Shown one piece after another: positions 1-9,008 of a stretch of DNA of 64,000 bases. The stretch is from a virus: the IMG/VR virus record IMGVR_UViG_3300028133_000003, positions 4,219-68,218 of that record; one strand, 5' to 3'. Numbering within the stretch: position 1 is the first letter of the stretch; each line of letters starts with the position of its first letter. The position numbers were made by a program, and so were the translations under genes. Below the pieces are notes generated by a model that saw only the letters and a list, made by a program, of their open reading frames with translations, searched no databases and was not told the DNA's origin.

Positions 1-303
1 ACCAGGATTAGTATTTACGAAATATTGAAAACAGAACTTCCAATTCTCAGGAATAGAAGAAAGGTTTTTACTAGTTACAGATTTTATAAAATTAATAGGC
101 TTTTCATAATAAACCATTATAGTCCTATCAATTAAATTAATAGGCTTTTGGTTTCCACCTTTATAAAAAGTAATTCCTTCGCCGTCTTTTTTAAATGAAA
201 ATGAAGAACCTGATAGTTTTTCGGATACTACAAGATAGTCCTTAAAAAGATCTTCTATTAATTGTTGGCCTGCATCTTTATAAATTTGAGTTAACTCTTT
301 CAT
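1..303 (-). CDS. Partial (runs off the window) RNA-ligase-like nucleotidyltransferase-fold protein
   Basis: Not in the ORF track. Translated by hand from ATG at 303: MKELTQIYKDAGQQLIEDLFKDYLVVSEKLSGSSFSFKKDG... VSEKLSGSSFSF resembles ligase motif I (TEKxDGxNFS). A GAATATATA box lies upstream. Confidence 0.5.
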   Translation of the reverse strand, partial: MKELTQIYKDAGQQLIEDLFKDYLVVSEKLSGSSFSFKKDGEGITFYKGGNQKPINLIDRTIMVYYEKPINFIKSVTSKNLSSIPENWKFCFQYFVNTNPG

Positions 304-326
304 TTGCTTATTTTATATTGTCAATT

Positions 327-335
327 TATATATTC
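327..335 (-). promoter_or_regulatory. Putative late promoter box GAATATATA
   Basis: The same box recurs shortly upstream of many start codons; analogous to the T4 late TATAAATA box. Confidence 0.55.
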
Positions 336-354
336 TTTGATTAAATAGCTATAT

Positions 355-383
355 AAAAAAAGGATAGTATATACCTATCCTTT
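355..383 (-). terminator. Intrinsic terminator
   Basis: Minus strand AAAGGATAG-loop-CTATCCTTT followed by a T run, downstream of ORF 471..1742. Confidence 0.65.
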
Positions 384-470
384 ATCATACTCTGTACTAA
401 TCAGAGTATATACAAATACCGTAAATGTTATCTCTTAATACAGGTGAACTATATAAGTGTATCTTCTATT

Positions 471-1742
471 TTACCTACCGAACTTAATGATACCTAATAG
501 TTGATTAATTGCAGCAAATGTACCAGTAAGTTTATAAATCTTTCCCTTGTATTTAAATACTATTCCTTCAGTTGGAAATATAGATTCTATTCCACCAATT
601 CTATCAAGCCTTGCTAGTTCAGCTTCTACCTTTCTTACTTGGTCAGCACCACCAGTCTTTTTAATTTTACTTCCTGCTGTTTGTATTTGAGCTCTTAGTC
701 TTTGTGCTTCATCGGATGGATTAGCTGCTAAAAAGTCAGATGCATTTTTGAGAATCACAGATCCTAATTCTAAGAACAGATCTTCAAAAGGTCTAATGTT
801 TTCTTTATACTTTTTAGCAACATCTTCTTTGTCAAACTTTTTAACCATCGCAGCTTCTTTAGGTCCAATTTGTTTAGCAAGAGATCTCATATTTAAACTC
901 TTCTTATCGCCATACGCCCATCTCTTAAGTAAACCTTCTTTTACATCTTGAGATAATGCAGGGAATTGTTTATCAATTAATTCTCGCCACCACATTTCGT
1001 GATATTTAGCAACTTCATCACTATCAGTTAAACCATATCTTTTTTCTAAAGCGTTGACTTGATTTATAAATCTTTTCTTGTTTGTGGTAAAATCTAAATC
1101 TTTTTGTAATTTAATAACTCTAGGTGGAATTATTTTAAAAGTTTTACCAATATCTGATTGTACCTTTTTAAGTATATTTGCAATTTCTTTTGCAGGTTTA
1201 TTATTAGTACCTGTAATATTACCATTACCATCCGTTTCCTTTATACCATGAAATTGAATAACATCTGTATCATAATGGATAACATTAGGGTTTTGTGAAT
1301 AGATTAACTCCATGTTCATAAAGTCTTTTCCATTCTTAAAATATTTTTCTTGGTCAGCTGGAGAAAGAGCCATTAGCAACCTAGCTAAATCCTGTGCAGC
1401 AAATTGAAAAGTATCTTGTACTAATTTACTAGGATGCCCTTCAAATTTATTCTTAAATTCAGAAAGAGTCATTGGATTCTTTAACTCTGTTTTGTTTCTT
1501 GCAAATTTAACTTCACCGTCTTGGATAGTAGCAAATGCATTTTGGCCATCGGTCTTTTCAGTAGCATCTTCTTCAAAGTTTAATTCACCTCTAAGACCAG
1601 CATCTATCATTGCCTTAAAATCACCAAAGGTTAAATCTTTATCGTCAAATGGATGGGCCATGTGACCAGCGGCACCTCCTTCAAAAAGAAATGGCTGGCT
1701 TTTGTCGGCCAGCCATTGTTCAAACAATTTTATATGTTTCAT
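471..1742 (-). CDS. Ligase-like nucleotidyltransferase-fold protein with capsid-targeting-like N-terminus
   Basis: TEKTDGQN (motif I KxDG), ARNK, MELI, EGIVFK (motif IV), YKLTG (motif V-like). N-terminus MKHIKLFEQWL...FLFE|GG. Confidence 0.55.
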   Translation of the reverse strand: MKHIKLFEQWLADKSQPFLFEGGAAGHMAHPFDDKDLTFGDFKAMIDAGLRGELNFEEDATEKTDGQNAFATIQDGEVKFARNKTELKNPMTLSEFKNKFEGHPSKLVQDTFQFAAQDLARLLMALSPADQEKYFKNGKDFMNMELIYSQNPNVIHYDTDVIQFHGIKETDGNGNITGTNNKPAKEIANILKKVQSDIGKTFKIIPPRVIKLQKDLDFTTNKKRFINQVNALEKRYGLTDSDEVAKYHEMWWRELIDKQFPALSQDVKEGLLKRWAYGDKKSLNMRSLAKQIGPKEAAMVKKFDKEDVAKKYKENIRPFEDLFLELGSVILKNASDFLAANPSDEAQRLRAQIQTAGSKIKKTGGADQVRKVEAELARLDRIGGIESIFPTEGIVFKYKGKIYKLTGTFAAINQLLGIIKFGR

Positions 1743-1750
1743 GTTTATGT

Positions 1751-2185
1751 TTATTTAAGGTTTCCTCTAGAATCAACCGCAGCGTATGCATAACCATTTT
1801 CTCCATTAATATCTTGAAGTATAATTACTTTTACATCGCCTAGCATTCCTTTATAAGCAGCTGTGTATGGTGATGGATCCATTCCTTTCCCTCTATCATT
1901 ACCAAGAAGGTTGGAACCTTTCATTTGAGGTTCAATAACATCATACAGTTCATCATCATCATTAGTAGTTGAAACCATTCCCATATCAGAAATAGATCTT
2001 ACTCCTAAATATTTTAAAGCTGGTTGGTAATTTTTATTAATATCCGCTACTGTCATTCCATCAAGATCAATATTACCTGTAATATCTTTGAGGGAGTCAT
2101 AAGGACCGCCTTCAACCCATGATGGTAATTCAGCTTCATTTAAGTTTTCATTTACGAAATCCGCAAACTTTTTTATATTACTCAT
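1751..2185 (-). CDS. Hypothetical protein, putative head-internal protein
   Basis: N-terminus MSNIKKFADFVNENLNE resembles the T4 capsid-targeting sequence. Confidence 0.6.
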   Translation of the reverse strand: MSNIKKFADFVNENLNEAELPSWVEGGPYDSLKDITGNIDLDGMTVADINKNYQPALKYLGVRSISDMGMVSTTNDDDELYDVIEPQMKGSNLLGNDRGKGMDPSPYTAAYKGMLGDVKVIILQDINGENGYAYAAVDSRGNLK

Positions 2186-2196
2186 ATCTTTAGTTT

Positions 2197-2652
2197 TTAT
2201 TTGCTACTTTTTATAAAATCCTTTACCTCATCAATATCAGATTTAATTTTATCTAAGTCAGCTTGAGCTTCTTCTAACTCTTCTTCCTTTTCTTCTAATT
2301 GTTCTTTAGCCATTTCAGCCATGTCTTCATCACCATCAGAAATATCACTTTTTAAATCTGCTATCTCGGATCTAATATCTTTCATCTCATCAGCTTTTTC
2401 AGAATAGTCATCTTGAAGTTCTTTTAATTCAGCCTGAGCTTCTTTCATCTCATCAGATCCACTATCATCAGATCCACCTTTTAGTTGATCTTCTTTTGCT
2501 TTAACCTTTTTATACATAGGGTTGTCAGGATCTCCTAAAATTGTCTTAACAGTAACTTCTCTACCAGATTTAGGATTCTTAATCTTAGTGTTATAAAATT
2601 TATCTAAATCGGATTCTAATAAAAATTGCTCAAATAATTTAATATGTTTCAT
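2197..2652 (-). CDS. Acidic coiled-coil protein, putative head-internal protein
   Basis: MKHIKLFEQFLLE N-terminus, KNPKSGREV motif, C-terminal heptad-rich acidic helix. Confidence 0.6.
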   Translation of the reverse strand: MKHIKLFEQFLLESDLDKFYNTKIKNPKSGREVTVKTILGDPDNPMYKKVKAKEDQLKGGSDDSGSDEMKEAQAELKELQDDYSEKADEMKDIRSEIADLKSDISDGDEDMAEMAKEQLEEKEEELEEAQADLDKIKSDIDEVKDFIKSSK

Positions 2653-2677
2653 TTTCTTGTTTGTTTATTTATAATTA

Positions 2678-4216
2678 TTATGATCCCATAGTAGATTGTA
2701 AAGCTCCGACCATTGCGCCGTAATCTTCACCATACTTCTTAAGTAATCCTTCAGCAGTTTCAGTTGCTTTAGTTTCGTCAAAATCATCTCCGAATGCATC
2801 TTTTAGAATTGCCATTGCATATTCTTTAAATTCATCTGCAGATTTAATTTCTTTTTCAGTAATCTTAGCTTCTCCAACTAATGCTTCACCTTTTGCTTCA
2901 GGTTGTACTTTTACTTTACCCATATTCATTACATCACCAGCAATACCTGCGGCAGATTCAGAACCGTCTCCCATTTCTGCAGGAACTTCAGTAGCATCCT
3001 TAAGATCATCAGCTTCACCTTTTACTTCGGTTGTAATATTTTGATCTTTAGTAACTAATTCTTCTCCTTTTGATTCAGGTTGTACTTTTACTTTACCCAT
3101 ATCCATTATATCACCAGCAATACCAGCAGCGGTTTCAGAACCGTCGCCTTTTTCTGCAGGAATAGCAAGACCATCATCGCCTGCTTCTTCATCAGCAACC
3201 TCATCACCTGTAACTTTAGTAATTACTTCACCAACACCTTCTTCTACAGCTTCTTCTTCCTCAGCTTCTATTTCTTCTTCATCTACTTCTTCATCATTGT
3301 AAGATTCTGTTACAAAATTTGAAAAAGACATAATTCTTGATTCAGCTTTCTTTTCTTCTTCCTCATCATATTCAACATCTTTCTTTAATGCATCAATCTC
3401 GGAGTCATCAGATTTTACAGCTCCTTTATAATGGTCAGCCTTTTCTTTGTCATCTTCAGAATCAACTTTCTTATCACCTTTATCTTCTAGCTCATCACCT
3501 TCCTTTTCATCATCCATACCTTCAGCTTCATCATCTTCACCAATAGCATCCGCAGATGCAACAACAACAGAATAGTCTTCAGGCTCTTCAGCATCATCAG
3601 CATATTTCACGTTCTTATTTACAGTAACTTCCTTTTCTTTAATGAAATCCTCAAAAGCCATAATTCTTTTAGTAGCAGCTGGAGTTTCTTCTTCTTCAGC
3701 AGCAACATCAACGCCGTCATTATCTTCAACTTCATCAGCCTCAGCAGGAACCTCATCAGTAATTTCAGGATCATCAGATATCTTATCGCCTGCCTTGTCT
3801 TCCAAATCCTTAGGTTCTCCCTTAGCGGATACTTCAGCTTCAATATCATCAGATGCATCTTCTTCTACATCATCAGTTTCAGCAACTTCACCAGCGGCTC
3901 CAGTTTCTTTATCTTCTTCCTTTTCACCTTCATCACCTTCTAATGATTTAGGTTCTCCTTTTTTATTAACATCATCAGCTATATCCTCGGCTCTATCTTC
4001 TTCTAAATCTTCTTCAGATATATCTTGTTTTGGAGAAACATCTTTTAGTAAACCTTCTAATTTACTTAATAGATTTTTTTCTTTCTTTAATTCTTCTACA
4101 CTTTCGTAACCCATCTTTTTTACTAGATCCATTACGGCATCATGATTAGCGTCTACCGATTCATTAATTGAACCATCGGCTTTAGACATCATTGAAAACT
4201 TTTTAATTGGTTTCAT
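2678..4216 (-). CDS. Highly acidic repeat protein, putative prohead core/scaffold-like
   Basis: Very D/E-rich, with internal duplications and internal RIMAFEDFIKE and RIMSFSNFVTE motifs. Confidence 0.55.
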   Translation of the reverse strand: MKPIKKFSMMSKADGSINESVDANHDAVMDLVKKMGYESVEELKKEKNLLSKLEGLLKDVSPKQDISEEDLEEDRAEDIADDVNKKGEPKSLEGDEGEKEEDKETGAAGEVAETDDVEEDASDDIEAEVSAKGEPKDLEDKAGDKISDDPEITDEVPAEADEVEDNDGVDVAAEEEETPAATKRIMAFEDFIKEKEVTVNKNVKYADDAEEPEDYSVVVASADAIGEDDEAEGMDDEKEGDELEDKGDKKVDSEDDKEKADHYKGAVKSDDSEIDALKKDVEYDEEEEKKAESRIMSFSNFVTESYNDEEVDEEEIEAEEEEAVEEGVGEVITKVTGDEVADEEAGDDGLAIPAEKGDGSETAAGIAGDIMDMGKVKVQPESKGEELVTKDQNITTEVKGEADDLKDATEVPAEMGDGSESAAGIAGDVMNMGKVKVQPEAKGEALVGEAKITEKEIKSADEFKEYAMAILKDAFGDDFDETKATETAEGLLKKYGEDYGAMVGALQSTMGS

Positions 4217-4278
4217 TCTATTTTATCTTTTTTTGATTCTTTTTTTATATATCCATCTCTCATGAGAAAGATATTATA

Positions 4279-5781
4279 TTAGTATCTAACATTTTGTACC
4301 TCGAATGGAAATTTTTCTTCTTTATAAATTTTCCTTCTTTCCATACCATGCCTGTAAATATAATTTACCCAATCATGATCATCTACTTTATATCTAAAAT
4401 CATCAATAAAATCATATATCTTTACAACATCTTTGGCTTCATGTTTTCTTAGACCTCTACCAATTGATTGTCTAATAATTACTTCAGACTTAAATGATTC
4501 AGTAAAAAATATGTTATGTATATTTTTAATAGATATACCAGTTGAAAAAGTACCGTATGATGCTACAATAATAACATCATCATTCTTTTCCATTCTCTTT
4601 TTAAACTCCTCTCTAAAATCAGACTTAACAGAGCCATCTACATAATAAACCTTTTTGTCTGTTATTGTTCTAAGTTTTTTGTAGATCTTTTCACCGTATG
4701 CAATTTTATGAAATAATATTAAAGAATTAGATTTTGATTTTTTAATTACTTGACAAATAAAATCTAGTCTCTTTTCACTTTCATTAATAAAGTTCTGTTC
4801 TAAACTAAATAGCTTTTGTCTATCATACGGGTTTTTAGATAATGATGAGAATGCTTCTTTTTGTGCATCGGTTGCATATTCCATGTGGATCTGTAATACT
4901 TTACATTTTGCAATATGGCCTTCTTCTTGTAAATGAGCAGCCTTTACTTGTGTTACTAATGGGCCCATTGCCGACATTAAACTAAGTCTATTTACAGTCC
5001 CTCGTTTAGGAATAGTTCCACTTAAACCAAATCTATAATCACAGTGCCAGCATTTATCCATTATCTTCTGAATTGAATTTGCTTTTGCTTTATGAGTTTC
5101 ATCAACAAAGACTGCGTCAAATTGACTAAAATATTCTTCATCCTTTTTAGTTAAAGATTGATAAGTACCTATAACTATGTTAGAACTCTTTCGTAATTTT
5201 ACACCTGCATAAATCTGTTGAATCTTAATAGGTACTCTTCCTTTATTGTATTCTTCAAAATCTCCGCTTGCTTGAACTACTAAACTTACATTAGGTACAA
5301 TCATTAGGATTTTCTTTTTACCTAATTGCTCCATCATATAAGCAACCACCATAAAAGAAATTAAAGTTTTACCTGCAGACGTTGCTAATTCAGCCAAACA
5401 CCTTCTGTATTTTAAAATTTTGATTGCAGCATCAATCTGATAGTCTCTAGGTTTAATTTCAGAGTTGGCAAAAAATTCATCTGCCCATGTCTTAAAAGTT
5501 TCCTCATCTATTGAGGTATCAAAAATATCAGTAATTCCGTTTAGTGTAAATTGATAATCATACTCTTTGCATATATCAATCACTTCTTTCCATAAACCTG
5601 CTGGAATTTTATTTCTTTTAATAAATGAAATGTTACCATCCCATACCTTCTTCTTTACCAAAGGATGGAATCTCCACCCTTCTATTTTCTTAGTAAGGCT
5701 AGATTTTAATTGTTCATATTCCAATTCGGTACATGAATCAATTACTAAAAACTTTTTATTTTCTGAGAGAGATAGCTCCAT
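4279..5781 (-). CDS. uvsW: UvsW-like SF2 DNA helicase
   Basis: PRDYQ (Q motif), LATSAGKT (Walker A), DETH, GLSGT, STGISIKNIHNI, QSIGRGLR. Adjacent to UvsY, as in T4. Confidence 0.93.
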   Translation of the reverse strand: MELSLSENKKFLVIDSCTELEYEQLKSSLTKKIEGWRFHPLVKKKVWDGNISFIKRNKIPAGLWKEVIDICKEYDYQFTLNGITDIFDTSIDEETFKTWADEFFANSEIKPRDYQIDAAIKILKYRRCLAELATSAGKTLISFMVVAYMMEQLGKKKILMIVPNVSLVVQASGDFEEYNKGRVPIKIQQIYAGVKLRKSSNIVIGTYQSLTKKDEEYFSQFDAVFVDETHKAKANSIQKIMDKCWHCDYRFGLSGTIPKRGTVNRLSLMSAMGPLVTQVKAAHLQEEGHIAKCKVLQIHMEYATDAQKEAFSSLSKNPYDRQKLFSLEQNFINESEKRLDFICQVIKKSKSNSLILFHKIAYGEKIYKKLRTITDKKVYYVDGSVKSDFREEFKKRMEKNDDVIIVASYGTFSTGISIKNIHNIFFTESFKSEVIIRQSIGRGLRKHEAKDVVKIYDFIDDFRYKVDDHDWVNYIYRHGMERRKIYKEEKFPFEVQNVRY

Positions 5782-6230
5782 TAAAATTCTTTATCATCTA
5801 AGTTTATTCTGTTTCTTATTGCAAATGCCATGTTATCTAATGTCTTAATACATTCATAGTAATAATCTATATGAGACTGTAGCATGTCAATCTGAGTTTT
5901 TAAAGAAGACAGATCGGCTTTTATAAATTGATGCTTTTCGCCATTCGTTAGTTTAACATCGTAATTAATTGAATACTCTCGGTACTGATTCTTATAGTAC
6001 CTGTCCCAAGTAGCATTCCTTTTATATATTGTAGTTTTAAAATCAGTTACTTTATCTAATAAAATTTGCCTATATGATAACATTCTTACTTGACATTCAG
6101 CAAGTTCATTCATGCTTTTTAATTTAGAAACAAGATCTTTAATCTTTGTTTTCCAATCATCCCTATCTGAGCTTAATCTAATTTCTAATTGTTCGTTAGC
6201 TTCCTTTATTTGTGTATCATCAAATGCCAT
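5781..6230 (-). CDS. uvsY: UvsY-like recombination mediator
   Basis: 149-aa helical protein ending IKTLDNMAFAIRNRI, next to uvsW. Confidence 0.7.
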   Translation of the reverse strand: MAFDDTQIKEANEQLEIRLSSDRDDWKTKIKDLVSKLKSMNELAECQVRMLSYRQILLDKVTDFKTTIYKRNATWDRYYKNQYREYSINYDVKLTNGEKHQFIKADLSSLKTQIDMLQSHIDYYYECIKTLDNMAFAIRNRINLDDKEF

Positions 6231-6445
6231 TAAAATATTCCTTTATCGTTATTAATCTTTTTGTAACTTTTTACTTTTGGTTGAAATTTCTTTTTAGGTT
6301 GAGGTAACGAAAAGTTACTTTTTACACTATCAGTTTCAATCTTTTTAAACTTAGTAAATAATTTAAGCTTTTTCTTAGACGTTTCTAAGTCATTATAAAA
6401 ATCCTCGAACTGTTCAGCCACGAATTCATTATATTTTTTTATCAT
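6230..6445 (-). CDS. Small basic hypothetical protein with capsid-targeting-like N-terminus
   Basis: MIKKYNEFVAE, close to the T4 CTS MKTYQEFIAE. Confidence 0.55.
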   Translation of the reverse strand: MIKKYNEFVAEQFEDFYNDLETSKKKLKLFTKFKKIETDSVKSNFSLPQPKKKFQPKVKSYKKINNDKGIF

Positions 6446-7515
6446 AAGAAAATTAAATCTAAATGATTGTTTGTAAAATATTTATCCAACTCATTTAAAC
6501 AGCCAGTTCTATTTTTAAATTCATATTTAACTAGATCGTTTAAATCTTTTACCTTTTTCTTAGGTATACTAAAATCCTTTAAATATTTATCCCACATGAA
6601 AACCGTTTGCCCTTTCTTTAGCTTTTGGATCATTTTAGCTTTACCTTCATAATCATTATCAAACATATATCGCGCAGTTGGTATTTCATCAAAATCTAAT
6701 ATTTGTTTTTTAACACCGGTTAATCCTAATGTATTTGACATAAAGAAAGAATCTATAGGACCTTCAAATATTGTAAATGTTCTACCTAAATCAACGGTTA
6801 AGATACCGAATATCATTGAAATTTTATTTAAAGAATCAAGTTCATCTTCAGATACTTTTAGCGGTTTCTTTAACCTATCATATATTCTTTCTATATTCCA
6901 TGTTTTGTATTTAGGACCACCTGTATTTTCTAAAGCTCTAACCTGAAACCCTATTATCTTACCTTTCTTATTTAGATTAAAAACATATAATTCTTTTCTT
7001 CTTGGATCATAACCGAATTTTTCTGTTTTATGATGGAGCAACCTACTCTTAAGATATGGGTATGCTCTGTATGTTAAAGAGTTAATAGGATATACATTAA
7101 ACCCTAACGCAATTTCATCAAATGATAATGCTAATTTATTTGCAGTTTCAAATAAATGAAATTCTAAAGTTTCACCTAAAGAAAAGTTTTTTCGATTTTC
7201 TTTAATAAAATTAATTACATCTATACGGTCTTCGCCTTCGAAGTTTACATTATGATCTTTTAGAAATACATCTAAACTCTCATGAGCCGAACAATTGTAA
7301 CAGTGGAATTGTAAATTTTTCCAATAAAGATTACCTCTTTTCTTTCTTACTGAATCTGTTGAATCACCGCAATAAGGGCATGCAAAATTTAGCCTTTCCT
7401 TACTTTCTAGCATCCTCCTTTTTTCTGGGTGAGAATGATTAAGGTGAAGAACTCGGACCACCTTATCGATGATCCGAGCTTTCATTTCAGAAGATATTAA
7501 TACTTCTGTTCCCAT
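6442..7515 (-). CDS. gp61: T4 gp61-like DNA primase
   Basis: NFACPYCGDS...FHCYNC zinc ribbon; FEGPIDS and FDND TOPRIM motifs; KDLND. Confidence 0.9.
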   Translation of the reverse strand: MGTEVLISSEMKARIIDKVVRVLHLNHSHPEKRRMLESKERLNFACPYCGDSTDSVRKKRGNLYWKNLQFHCYNCSAHESLDVFLKDHNVNFEGEDRIDVINFIKENRKNFSLGETLEFHLFETANKLALSFDEIALGFNVYPINSLTYRAYPYLKSRLLHHKTEKFGYDPRRKELYVFNLNKKGKIIGFQVRALENTGGPKYKTWNIERIYDRLKKPLKVSEDELDSLNKISMIFGILTVDLGRTFTIFEGPIDSFFMSNTLGLTGVKKQILDFDEIPTARYMFDNDYEGKAKMIQKLKKGQTVFMWDKYLKDFSIPKKKVKDLNDLVKYEFKNRTGCLNELDKYFTNNHLDLIFL

Positions 7516-7519
7516 ATCA

Positions 7520-8443
7520 TTAAAGATCTAATCCATTAATGAAATCATCAAAATCATCTCCCTTAGAAGAATCTTCAGTTTTGGTTGCAGTAGCTGTTGT
7601 AGTTGGTGCAGAGGTTTCAGTTACCTTAGCAGCCGCAGCTTTAGTTGCAGCCGGCGCAGCCGGTGCTTGTCTTGCAGTAACAGTATCAATAGAAGTTCCA
7701 GGATTACTAAATTGAGATAGTACACCCATTACTTTATTTCTCTGTTCATCTGTCCATGGTCTGTAGTCAAAGTTTCCTAAGTCTGGTGCATCCTTAATAA
7801 AATCAAGAATTGCAGTTCTTCCTGCATCATCAGACGTTACATCTTCGCCGCCAATCGACATCGGAGATCTACTTCCTTGGAATTTACATGAATCATAATT
7901 TGGATAACCACCTTTCTTTGAAATTACCAATTCAAAATTCTTTCCTTCGAATGGATCGAATACTTGTGTTGGTTCATCAAATTGTGGATTTAACTCCTCA
8001 TCAATTTTAGTCTTGATCTTATAACCAAATTTCATTACTTTAATTTGACCTTCAAGATCTCTGTTTTGTGGATCTTTTACGATTTGTACTAATGCATAAA
8101 ATACTTCTCTACGCTTAAGTCCTTCTGACATCTTTTTGTCTACAGCAGATTCAGAGTTTCTAAGTTTAAAGAACATGTCCTGTACAGCACATTTGTCTCC
8201 AACCGTTGAAGGTGAGTCTGCGTAAAAGCCGTTGCCATCTCTGTCTTCTAACCAGTAGACATATTTACGAACGAAAGGTTTGCGTGGATTTTTTACATTA
8301 GGTAGAAACCTAATTAGTGAACGGTAAGTACCGTCTGAACCTTGATCAGGTTTTGGTGTGTAAAGATCGCTTGTTGTTTGCGGTCTGTCTCCAGTGTCTA
8401 GGTCCTTGACGCTAACACTGAAAATGTCGAATTCATTTGCCAT
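7520..8443 (-). CDS. gp32: T4 gp32-like single-stranded DNA-binding protein
   Basis: IRFLP, VKDP..EGQIKVMKFGYKI, FDPFEGKNF, NYDSCKF, acidic tail DDFDDFINGLDL. Confidence 0.9.
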   Translation of the reverse strand: MANEFDIFSVSVKDLDTGDRPQTTSDLYTPKPDQGSDGTYRSLIRFLPNVKNPRKPFVRKYVYWLEDRDGNGFYADSPSTVGDKCAVQDMFFKLRNSESAVDKKMSEGLKRREVFYALVQIVKDPQNRDLEGQIKVMKFGYKIKTKIDEELNPQFDEPTQVFDPFEGKNFELVISKKGGYPNYDSCKFQGSRSPMSIGGEDVTSDDAGRTAILDFIKDAPDLGNFDYRPWTDEQRNKVMGVLSQFSNPGTSIDTVTARQAPAAPAATKAAAAKVTETSAPTTTATATKTEDSSKGDDFDDFINGLDL

Positions 8444-8551
8444 TTTAATTGCCTTTTTATTTTACTTTGTTATTAATTGTGGATATAACGCAGCTCTGCC
8501 TATTTTTAATTTGCCCGGGTATTGCCAATATACTTTGCCTTGTTATATGCC
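8438..8551 (-). repeat. Seven GGCA motifs in the gp32 5' leader
   Basis: TGCC on the plus strand at 8438, 8450, 8497, 8512, 8523, 8536 and 8548. Confidence 0.75.
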
Positions 8552-8589
8552 TGTTTATAAGTAACCGAATAATATCAGTTCCTTTGTTT

Positions 8590-8618
8590 ATTATATATTC
8601 ATATCTCTATTTAGTTTC
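8590..8618 (-). promoter_or_regulatory. Promoter of gp32 (GAAAC-N18-TATAAT overlapping a GAATATATA box)
   Basis: Matches two recurrent promoter-like motifs in this window. Confidence 0.5.
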
Positions 8619-8636
8619 AGTCTAAATAGAACTTTT

Positions 8637-8903
8637 TTATTGCATAATAGCGGTTACATCGTTTTCTCTAATGCTGAATATAGTATCGCCATTATATTTA
8701 AACTCTGTACCTGCTAAATCATGAAATAGTACTCGTGATCCTACTTTATAATCTGAATCCTCTATGTCATTACCTACAGATATGATTGTACCTGAGTATG
8801 GTGGAGCATACTGACCTTCGGTTTTTGGTACATATATACTACCAATTTTTTCTGGTAGTTCATCTTTTTTAATAAATATTCTATTTTTTATTGCTTTTAT
8901 CAT
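8637..8903 (-). CDS. groES: Co-chaperonin GroES (Cpn10)
   Basis: IKAIKNRIFIK, GSIYVP, GTIISVG, KVGSRVLF, AGTEF, IRENDV. Confidence 0.9.
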   Translation of the reverse strand: MIKAIKNRIFIKKDELPEKIGSIYVPKTEGQYAPPYSGTIISVGNDIEDSDYKVGSRVLFHDLAGTEFKYNGDTIFSIRENDVTAIMQ

Positions 8904-9008
8904 AATATTCTGAAACTAAGTTATAATTGCTATATATAAAATATAACTAATTAAAGAAAGAGAAGTATGTAATTACTAGACTTAAAGTATTTAGTGGTTT
9001 TCTATGTA

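Noticed and set aside
3642-4109. Ser-rich plus-strand ORF (also 3080, 3337, 3619, 15352, 36232, 45718, 50984 and similar)
   Set aside because: Antisense or off-frame shadows of well-supported minus-strand genes, with no independent promoter or motif.
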